Shown in pieces: positions 26,380-37,477 of a DNA stretch of 64,000 bases. Within the stretch, counting starts at the first letter, position 1; the number at the start of each line of letters is the position of its first letter. The position numbers were made by a program, and so were the translations under genes. The notes under the pieces were generated by a model. It was given only the letters and a program-made list of their open reading frames with translations. It had not been told where the DNA came from and did not search any database. Source of the stretch: Macrostomum lignano (lineage: Eukaryota); assembly GCA_002269645.1 (NCBI GenBank), contig NIVC01000420.1, positions 554,217 through 618,216 on the forward strand, read 5' to 3'.

Positions 26380-29085
26380 TTTGTCAGAAGTATGGAAGCT
26401 GATTTTTGATAAAACTTGATAAAAAGATCTGACTCAATTTGAGCTCCTTGTTCAGCTCTATGATAGTACTGCAGGACTTACCTTCCAAGTCTTCATCTCT
26501 GGCCTTTCTTGCTCTGATAGCATGTTTAAACACCTGCTCAAAGATGACTTGCACTATATGTGCATTAGCTTTCAATTTACTTGATCTTTTCAACAAGTTG
26601 TACCGCCTATAAGGCAATCCTAGACAATGGTGCCCTTTTTTACCATCTAAAAGAGGTAGAAATTCTGTTCTTTCAAAGGATCCTAGAGTGGTTGAGGAGA
26701 AGAGGACAGTTGCAGTTGAGGACAAAGTTGCTATCTAGCAAAGAGAAACATATTGTGCTTATTATTGATAAGGTTGCAATAGCTAAAACAATCAAGTTCA
26801 ATTATAGGTCTATTTATTGTCTTGCAAATGACAATAAAATGACCTCTTCCATTTTTGCCTTTCTATTTCTAATCAACTCTATTGGTGCATCCTATTAGGA
26901 TGTGGTTTGTCTATCTCCTATTAACTGCTTGACCACTTTAAAAATATATAGCATGGCTAAAGAAGTGATTGTGGCTGTCACAAAGAGAGTGAATTTGAAA
27001 TTGTTGCATTGTCCTATGACAACTCTTGTCAACTGAAAGTTTTACTCAATGTCAGCTATACCAGAACATGGGCTGTCTATGCAACTACTGTGTGACAATC
27101 AGAAAGAAATTTTCATTGCTGATAAACACTACTTACAACATTAATAATGTGTATAACAACTTTTAAAGATAAGGTCTATTTTAGTGTCTAGCATTTGACA
27201 ATGGCAGGAACTTTATGACTAGGTTCAATGATATTGTGACTTTTTTTTAAATTAAAAGAGGTCAGATATCAAAGATTGCTTTCTATCTGACAGAGAAGGT
27301 TTATGTCCTCTTAATGTTTAGAAAACTAGTGCTTTACTGGTTGCAACTGCTTTTGGTAATACAATAGTTTCTATACTCAGACTGTATTCAAGCACAAAGA
27401 GCATAGACATAGACACTTCAATGTTCAATAACATAGCCAATTTTTTGTCCATGATCAGGAAGCTATGGGCAATATTGAATGTTTAAAAGCCATTTGTAGG
27501 TCAACATAAAGAAGATAGGAAAGTGAGCCATTGACTAATATGCAAGACTGGCAGCTCCAATACAGTGTACCTTACTGACTTTGTTGGATTACTAGAGAAT
27601 TGGCAAATGGTATCAATAGGCGCAGGTAGTCTGATAAACAAGACTTTTGGTAGCCTTATTCAAACATGCTCAGCCATTCTACTATTGTATGCAAAACTTT
27701 TTCTATTGGCCACTTTGACTACATTTTGCTAGGAAAGTTTTTGTCTGATCCTCTTAAAAGACAATTTGGAAAGTATAGGCAGATATCCAGTACATTTATA
27801 TTTTATCAGTGCAAAGCAAGTCATTTAGTCATTTAGTCATTTAGTCTGAGAATAAACTTTAAATGACTTCATTGTTTAAACATTCAGAAATAGACTTGCT
27901 ATGCCTAAAGAAGTCTTTCATAAAGGATATTGAGCAGGACACTGATATTAGTCTAAGAGCAGCAAAAATCTTTGCTAATGTATTAGATAAGCCATGCATG
28001 ACCTTGCACAGTAACAAAATAGGCTGCTTGAAAATGATATTCTACATAGCAAGCTCTACTTTTCAAAGTCTATCAGCAAAGAATATGCTGATTGTAGAGA
28101 ATTTTTGGTGAGCAAAGACAAGGTCCTTCTAGTAGAAGCGACTCTTGACAATGCTTTTAATTGTGATTTCCTAGTTTGCTAGCTATCACAAGGAGGACTA
28201 TACAAGCACAACTCCCCTGATTTACACTGGCCATGCAACTTAACTGTAAAAGAAACCCTAAAGCAAAATTAACACAGTTTTGAGTAAATGGCAGGAGTAA
28301 CAATGACTGTCTTATCAGGCCTAAATGCCTTGGCATCTAATTAGTACTATGTCTATTCTTTGGGGTGGTATTTTTGTGACTTACCCCTGGTCTACCACAA
28401 TTTATGGTGGCCAGATCGGCTAGGTCGGCCAACAGTTGCGCATGTATGAGGAGGACTATGCTATCTATATAATTACTACTTTTGTTCTCTACATGACAAT
28501 GTTCAATTCATTTGAGCTCATCAAAGGTTCTAAATCTGTTCTAAATAGCTATTGCAGAAGCTTCTTAGCTTTAAATAGCATCAAACTTTTGCATCAGTCA
28601 TGATGGTAAAAACTTAAAATTGTGCAACTTTTCTGGCTTATTGCTTCCCTTTCTCAAATCATTTACTAAGACAAGTCATTTGGCAGTTTGCTTTCCAACT
28701 CCTAAACTGTTTTCTAAATAACCTTTTTCTGAAGCTAACTGTCTATCTGCTATTGGCAATAGGGACCATAACACTAGAAATTCTTGTATCTACAGCAACC
28801 TCCAAAATTCAGTTGGCCGTGCGACTTAGTTTTAACAAAAATGCGATGTAGTTATTGGCCAAAATGCAACTTACATGTAAAAAACCCTAAAGCAAAATTA
28901 ACGCAACTTTGGGTAAACGGCAGGAGTAACTATGACTGTCTTATAAGGCCAAAATGCCTCGTCAGCTACTTAGTACTACTACTTTGGTGTTTTTTTGGGT
29001 GGGCATTTTTAAAACTTCCATGGTTGGCCGCCAAATCAGTCAGCCGGATTGGCTGACTCGGCCGACTGTTGCGCATGTATGTACA
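26380..29085 (+). mobile_element. Heavily mutated P-type (THAP9-like) transposase relic
   Basis: Translations KHIVLIIDKV, SY*DVVCLSPI, NVYNNF*R and LLGKFLSDPLKRQFGKYRQIS resemble P-transposase motifs. The 3' subterminal segment is duplicated (28250-28450 and 28880-29085). Boundaries are approximate. Confidence 0.65.
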
Positions 29086-31299
29086 GATATGGGGAAGCAA
29101 GAAGGTAGGGATATTTTCAGTGTCTACATGAATTTTAAAATACACTTAACAAAGTCAAGTTTTCCCATTTTGTACTTTGTAATTATGTAATTAAACTTTA
29201 ATTATAGATGATTTGTCTAACATAAATTGGAAGTTCAAATTGAACTAAGAATATAATTGTTTTCATTTTTATAACATTTTATGTTTCATTTTTTTTGTTT
29301 GCTGATTTAAGACATTAGTTTTGATTCTAGTTTTCTAATATTTCCAACATTTAAGCATGCAACAATAGTATTAGTAGGATACTATAGTGGTTGTTTATCT
29401 AAGACACTTGAATTGTATCTAAGATAGTTAGAATTAGAACTCATTAAAAACTTCAATAGTTTTATTTATTTTCATTTAGACTCATTGGAATATTCTCCAA
29501 TTCTATTGTTCCAGAAACCATGAAGTTTTCTCCCAAAAAATCAGTGTTCCCACTTAGCAACCTTTATTTTTTGAGCCAAGCCATTCATTTTTGCACCATA
29601 GATATTTTTGTGCCATTATCACTCTACCTCTAAGGCTCTAATGCAGTGTGATATCCTTTGAGATATTTAAAAACTCATACCTAACATCCAGGGACCTAGA
29701 TCATAAATCATCTAATTTTGGACAAGATAAGACACTACAACTTGGCAAAAAATAGCAACAACAGCATGAGTATCAGACTATTAATTTCTCTAAATCAATA
29801 TTGCAATTAAAACATAAAAGTTCTATCCAACACCATCAAGGTTGGCTTTGTTATTCTATTGGTATACAAAAAGTATGCTTGTTCCTCATATTAGCAAAAA
29901 GGATGTTAAGAGAATTTTTAATTAGCACTAATAATATCATGAAATACCCATAGCTATAGATTATACTTAGTCCCTTGGAAAAGATAACCAGCACTATAGC
30001 AAAATAAATGTAATAACAATAGAGTATAATTTGTATAATAAAACATATAGAAAATGGAAAAAATAGGTAAGAAGCCAAAAAGGCAACATAAAAGGCACTG
30101 TTTAATTCCTACAATCTCAACAGATAGCTATTACGGTAGATCAAGAAAAAAAGGTGCAAATATGCAATGCATGTCTCACTTTTGATAGAATTTGGAATAT
30201 CATGTATGTAAACATATTCAATCATAGATTCCAAATGGGGACACCTCAATATCTAAACTTTAAAATACCTAACAGGCTCTTACAATTATATCTAGCCTTG
30301 TATCTATCCTTAATACCAAAAATGGTATCAAGATAAGGTTAGGTTCAGGGTTAGTATTGCATGTCAATCTAGATTGCAGTGTGGATTTTTTAAATTATGC
30401 TCATGGTCATGGCACATAATGTTACAATATAATTATTTATATTATGCTCCCAACCTTATAAATATCTAATAATTATTACTACATGCTGATAGGCAATTTA
30501 TGATTGAGGATATGAAAGTTTAATGTAATTTGGAAAATGACAAAAATAAAAAGAATAAATCTTGTATTGCTGTCTCTACTGCAGATGAAACTTCTTACTC
30601 TATATGCTTTTAAGCAACCTTTTGCCTGTCAAAGAAGACAACAGAATGTTGCTAGCAACACACTTAAGTATAGACTCAATTATACAAAGATTTTCTTTTT
30701 CTTTCTTCTTTAGAAGCTTCGCTTGCTCACATCATAAATCTTCCTACTCCTTGTCCATTGACTACATATTTTTCTGTGCTGTCTCCTTTTCTCTTTTTTG
30801 GCAATCTTGTGCTCTATTTCACTAGCCTTTATCTATAGCGCTAGTGCCTCTTTAGCATTGCAGAATGTCTTGCTGGTCCTCTTCTCAGATTCAACCTTCA
30901 GAATTAAAGCTTCTTCTAGTTGCTTTTAGTGGGCCTCTTCAGCTTCCTTTTTCTTATCTTTCATGTGTTGGTTATACGCAGCTCTGGCAAAAGAGCAAAA
31001 ATTTATCAGCTTTGCTATTACTCAAAGCAAGGCTGCAATCTAGTTCTTGACATTCAAGCATTATTGTGTTACTATCAAAGCCTAAGTAATGTTAGGCGCA
31101 AGTAGTGAACACTTCTTGGTGATGATTATGTTGGTGTAGGACCAAGACAAGAAGATTCGCCAGGGGTTAGTAAAATGGGTGACAATGCTTTCTCGCTGTT
31201 TCTAGACACACAGAGCCCCCTGCAGTAAGTCAAGTAAGACCAAGACCGCCACATACAAAGACCACTACACTTAGGAGCTAGGAGAGGAATTTGGCTCAA

Positions 31300-33270
31300 T
31301 GTGTTATTAAATGGTGCTAGAAAGAAGATAAGTCAGTAGGAAAGCCAATAGGACAAGCCTGCAAGAGAGGAACCTATGACTAGGCCTATAAGAGGAGGAA
31401 TAGCAATGATTAAAGATTGGTAGGCTCCTTGATACCAATAGCCAATAGTGCCAACCAAGCCCTGTAAGCCTGGAGGCAAAACCAAGAGATCACCCCCGGC
31501 TACTACAAATGAAGAACCGAGACTCAAGTGGGCTGCTTTGTTAGCTTCTCAAGCCACGGCACCAGTACGATCGATGGTAGTGAGGGCTACCCCGCCAAGC
31601 AGCAGCCGTACAATCCAAATTGAAGCACCGGCCAAAGCACCGACAGCTTGAGGTTCAAAGATGCCGCATCAAAGCACGCCTGCGTCTGCAGCCACCGCGG
31701 CACCGATATTGTCACGGCTGGGACCAAGAACATCGCCTTGGCGAAGCCCAAGACGATCATCACCATGGAGCCAGGGAGCTTTGCTGCCGAGCCCAAGAGT
31801 GTCACCACGGAAGAGCCTGTCGCCAAGACAGCAGAGACGATCGCCGCCAAGGGAGGCAGCCGACTTTCGTAGAATAGTACGCAGATTGATCGAAACCCAC
31901 GGCGCCGACATCGAGAGGCTGCACTATAATTTTTGGCAGTACATGCTTTACCAAAGCTTACCACTAGCACTAGCTTACCTTCATCTGGACATACGCCAGC
32001 AACTGCCGCAAGCCTCCAAGGTCTGGCCAAGTGTCAAAATTCTGCGGGAACAGTACTCCCATCAGGAAGCAGTCGCCATCCTCCAGGATGTGGCTGACCA
32101 GTTGCACCAGAACTTCCGCAGTGACCGTCGACCACCCAACCACCAGCTGATCAACGCCGAGATCGATTGGCTTTTCGGCCAAATCAAGTGGCCGTACTAC
32201 CGTGACCTACCGCATCCCTGCCAGTTTTAAGGACTGAGTGTCGAGTGATCTTAACAATTTGCACTATAAACAATTTCTTTCTTATGCTGTACTCTTTATT
32301 AATGTTGTACTTTTAATTTTAGCACTATTAGTTGAAATTTTTGCACTTAAAATTCATAATATTACTTTTGCGTTTAAAAATTTCTTTCAGAGGAGGAAAG
32401 TTGTGCTAGTGTATGTTCCTATTAATTACCTTTACTATTCTTTGTGCCTGATAAAATGCCTATTACAATTCATACATATAAATTAGCCGATTTATGACCA
32501 TGTTAAATTCGCATGCAAACTAGAAACTAATTTTAGCATTTGTTTTATTATGCAAAATATTATCAATAAATATTTTTGTTATAATCATAGCCATCTAAAA
32601 CAGTATATATACGAGTGATTTTGCCAAATAAAAGTAACCTTTTCTTGCTCTCGAAATATTTGTGCGCTATAATATTGGTTTGTTCTATATTCTCAGATAA
32701 ACCTTGAAATCTTGTTGAGTTAGTTATTTTAAGGAAAGGGGAGTGACAGTGCTCAGAAACTTACTAAGAGAAGGGATTGGGAAAATATTACAAAAGGGAA
32801 ATTCAGAGAGTTGTGCTGTGACCCTCTAATCCCAGTGAACACCCGACTAGGACAATCTAAAAAGTTCATGTACTAGTACTAGAGTACTAGACCGCTCAGG
32901 CCATACAAAGATGCTACCAGACTAATACATAAGACACTACATCAGACTAATACATAAAACGCTACCAGAATATTCAAATGAAATTCTAAGAAACAGGTAG
33001 AAACATTAAGGAAGATTTGGTTACAGGTTATAGCAGTAGGATTTTGTATCGTACGGGAACACCCCTGCGACAACTTTGGTGTTAGCAGTAGAATTAGTGA
33101 GATATTATTTAGAAGGAAGAATAAGCCCTGTTACAACTTTGGTGGCATAACGGTGGAATTTTATAGAGAGCCAAAAGGCCCGTAACAACTTGGTATCAGG
33201 GGTTGTGATTAAAATTGATAAAGTAGGAGGTAAAACACCTGTTACAATATTGTGCAGTAGTAGTAGAAGC
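31300..33270 (+). mobile_element. LTR retrotransposon relic: unidentified ORF, polypurine tract (32731-32743), LTR starting TG at 32744, then several LTR-end/PBS-like modules
   Basis: AAGGAAAGGGGAG|TGACAG junction; ...TTACA/TAACA followed by TGGT(A/G)-type PBS-like sequences at 33026-33265. No RT or integrase motif was recognised. Confidence 0.5.
31661..32230 (+). pseudogene. CpG-rich ORF remnant (Ser/Pro/Arg-rich stretch, then a helical region) inside the LTR relic
   Basis: 189-aa open frame with no recognised family; flanking sequence is full of stops. Confidence 0.35.
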
Positions 33271-33948
33271 AATCAACTTGGACTGTTTCTAATGCTGTTT
33301 CCAAGCTAAAAAGTCGAAAGGCGAAGAAAAAACCGAATGACTAGTGGCATGGACATGAAGCCCAAAGTAGTGTTAATTAACCCCTTTAAAAACCTTGATA
33401 AAGGTTAGAACGTTACGTCTAAGGGGCTAATATCTTTAGACCCTATGCATGCTAAGTCAACGCTAAATGAATTTGATGGAAAAAAAACTTGGCACGAACA
33501 GCAAAAAGTAGCGAGGAACATTTCAACCGCCATCTTTGACCCAGCACGCCTTAGCGAGAGTACTGAACTGAAATCAATCGCTCTGTCAATTTCCCAGCCT
33601 TATGAGTAGGCTTGAGTAGTAATTCGTCTTATTGATAACACGATGGATAATTATAATAACGTATTTTAAAGGGTTTGCTGCACGATGATTTTTATGTAGG
33701 TGCTGTTTCTAAAAAACTGTATTTTAATCCTAAAAAGTCAAAGGACTTAAAAACCATAATTTTAAATTCTTAAAAAAGCACGTCAATAAGTGAACAAAAA
33801 GGTTAACCTTTATAGCATGCGACAAATTTTAACATAAATTTTGTTTAAACTATCACAAATGAATTTATCAATGCAAAAGTTTTAAAAAGCTATTTGCCTA
33901 AAAAAATACTATATCAGCATTGATCAGAGGATTTCTCCCGGTAATAGC

Positions 33949-34220
33949 TAGGGTTCCGGCACCGGACCCGTTTTCTAATGTCTACGGATCCGGCAGTCTT
34001 CTGCAGGCAGTTATCTACTAATGAAGTCTTGAACATTAGAAGTATCTTGATTTGAATCTCATCGTTTCGTTTTGATCTTATCTTGAACAAAACGCAATAT
34101 CAACCACCCGTTAAAAAGTAAATGTTTCTGCTATATTATACCCATAAATTGCACTATTGGAATACATACCACTGCCAGATCCATAGCCGTTAGAAAATGG
34201 GTTCCGGTGCCGGAACTCTA
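33949..34220. mobile_element. hAT-like MITE, 272 bp
   Basis: TIR TAGGGTTCCGGCACCGGACCCGTTTTCTAA versus TTAGAAAATGGGTTCCGGTGCCGGAACTCTA. The 8-bp flanks GTAATAGC and GCAATAGC differ at one base. Confidence 0.8.
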
Positions 34221-34974
34221 GCAATAGCCATTTCTCCCTGTCCCTAATGGATTACTTTGTGGTCTTCTTAGTTTTCTGGCCTTGGGTTATTTGAGTTGCA
34301 ATTTAAGTTGCTTTTTATACCATCCTGTGGTTATTTTTTACAATGTTTTATAGTCGAATTAGTACTGGTACTAGTAGCTTTGTATTGTATTGTAATTTGT
34401 AGCACCTTGACCTTCCAGTATTTTTTCACTTTAACTTTAAGATAAGGTTGTTAATTTTTATTTTAAAAAAGCATTATTAACATCTATTTGTTCTGTAAAT
34501 TTTTATGTTCATATTCAAATTTGGTGTAAACTATAGTAAATTTTTTTTATCACTGACCAAGAAAACAATGTTAGGCCTATGTTAATGTGGTGAATATTAT
34601 TTGTAATTAAATTTGTTTTGTAATTTTTTATATATAAACCAAATAAAAAAAGCTCCATTCATAATTTTTTGTATTGGCCAAGATATCCAATTTAATAACA
34701 ATAACATAATGACCAACTAAATTTTTAAAAAGCTTTTTGAAAAATGAGACAAATGAGATGCTTTTGTCTTTGGACTTAGGCATTAGAAGCCATAGTTCAA
34801 AACACTGTTTTTAACTATCCTAGAAAAAAACAACCACATTTTTCGTATGTACTAAGTAACCAATTTATATTGGATAGGCCTATATATGTTATAAGCCTAT
34901 TTATTCATAGTTGATTTATCTTAGGCCCTATTATGTCACCAAGTTCTTATAGTGCAAAAAATCCTTTTATAAAA

Positions 34975-35401
34975 GGCAGTGCTTATTCCCACGGTACTGT
35001 AGGAATAATTTCTGTCTTATTCCAATGGTACCGTGCGAATAATTTTCTGCCTATCCGCATGGCACACTGATGAGATAGCTGCCCTATCTTCTACATATGC
35101 CGTGCGAATAATTTCTGCTTATCCGCACGGCACACTGAGGAGATAGCTGCCCTATCTTCTACATATGCCGTGTGGGAAGTTTAGTACATACGATTTGAGT
35201 GCAGTATAACAACATAACTTGGCTTGAACATTTGTTCTAAAGAAATAAAGATTTAACGACTTTACTATGAGAAAGAATTTTTTTGTGTAGTAACAAATGA
35301 TTTAAATTGCGTGCCGTGCGGATAAGCAGAAAATTATTCGCACGGTACTGTTGGAATAAGATAGAAATTATTCCTATGGTACCGTGGGGATAAGCACTGC
35401 C
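34975..35401. mobile_element. MITE-like element with GGCAGTGCTTAT TIRs and internal repeats
   Basis: GGCAGTGCTTATTCCCACGGTAC ... GTACCGTGGGGATAAGCACTGCC inverted ends. TSD unclear. Confidence 0.75.
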
Positions 35402-37477
35402 TTTATAAAAATCTTATATCCATATTATACAATTAGATGCGAATACAATCCACTTTGATAATAGCCATTTTGGCATTCTTTCATTTTACAATCCCTGAGC
35501 AGGTCAAGTTTCGTCTTATGATCCCTATTAAAAAAAGAGTTGAAAAGACATTCTAGTTTATCAAAAAAGTATGTTTCACATTCATTTTCCAATTGCAACT
35601 CACTTTCTAGTCAACCTAATTCATCACTGCAACTCACTTTTCAGTCAACTTGAGGATCCTCAGCGTAGCATTAGTTATGAAAGCATGTAGCTTATATTCA
35701 CTTTTGTCATACAATCATTTAAATGGTGAAGTTATATGTAGATGATCACAAGACGAAACCGAAAGAGCTTGTAGGTTTTTAATTACAATCACTGCATTGG
35801 TAGAATTGTATTAGAGAGATCGTATAACAAAAGTGAATGGATTACACATTCATCCCTGGCAAAGTTGCACTAATTCACGGCAGCTTCTCTAATCTCTATT
35901 AACAATCTACAGGGTTCAAGAATGAAATTGTATTCATTATAAGATTCACAAGTGTCATCCCCCCTCACTTTCATCATACGATCCCCCTAGTTTATTGGAC
36001 CTATGTGTTATACCAAGTGGTGATCGTATGACAAAAGTGAGGGGGGGGGGGCATAAGGCGGCGTCGGCGCCCAAAAAGGCTGTGCAAAAAGAGCTGTGTA
36101 AAAAGTGGGTGGCTTTTGGTTTGTGGATATATTAGAGGCTGCAATTGATTGTTTCGTTGAAACGTCTATTATAAGACAATATTTTTTGTTAAAATAACAC
36201 TTAGAAGTGGTCCCATTTTGAAGTTCAATTTTAAGAGCAATTTTCCATTTTCCCTTGGGGGGGGGAACGTATAACAAAAGTCTCGACTCCCATAGGGACA
36301 GTGCTAGGTGATCGTAAAACAAAAGAATGCTGCCATTTTGGTAACAGCCACTTCAGTAACAAAAAATGACCACTTCAATAATAGCCATTTTGGTAATAGC
36401 CACTTTGGTAACAAAGGAGATTTATAACTGTCAACACTTTATTCTTATGATAATTAGGTTTAGCAATAACTAGTTTAATAATTAATATCTAAAATATCTT
36501 ATTGCTATATATGGTTAAAGTTTATAATTCAACTAATTAAACTTGCAGGTTAACTTTGTAAAAATTTAAAGGCAAAGAAAATTAAGTTAAGTATCAAGCA
36601 AGCTTGCATACATTGAAATTAAAGCAAAATTTAAATAATTAATAAAGAAAAAGGTACATTCTGCAATTTTAATTGCTATTCACTAACTAGATCAAAGATT
36701 CTAATGTATCCAATATACAATATTTGGTTAATTATAGGATGTCTTAGGTCCATGTATTTGACTCATTTAGAAATTATATACAATCGCATTTTCTATATAG
36801 ACTAGCATAACCTAAAAATGATTGTAAAACTAAGACTTCTATTTAAAAAACACCAATCAAAGACACAGGCCTGCCCAACCACTAAAGCATGTCTTAGACT
36901 TTTAAAGATAGTGCTTTATTCAATTAAATGAATAAATGGTTTTTTAGGCTAGCAGACTGCGTGGCTAGCCCTAGATGGCATAATTAATGGATTAGTTAGA
37001 TATTGACTGAGTCACTTAGGCTGAGAGCAGATTTAACTTACCATTCAAGAATAATGCCAGTGTTATCTTCTGGTTGGCAACAAAAGCAATGACTGGAATA
37101 CTGATATTATGACTTGCATGGGGACAGTTTTCAATTGTAGCAGCAAAGCCTATTCTGTCCAAAAGCTTGATGAACTGAGTAATAAGTAAAAGCCTGCTTC
37201 TAATTTCTTTAAATGCCTTGCAAAGTAGCAACAATAGCTTCTATGATAGGGTGTAGAATTTAAGCAAGTATATTATCCTTTATAGTAAGGATTTCCTTTG
37301 CAGAATCATGCTTATTATTTATATTTGATACCATAACCACATAATATACTTGTATGACATTACTTTACACTTGTAAAGAAATTAATGCAATGATTTTAAA
37401 GCAGTTTACATGATAAAAAATAAATATTGTTCTCTGCTTCAGATAATGTTGCGCCTTTGAAAGTCAGAAAAACCACA

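Noticed and set aside
37040-37200. LVGNKS resembling a small-GTPase G4 motif
   Set aside because: It is an isolated hexapeptide among stops with no other G motifs.
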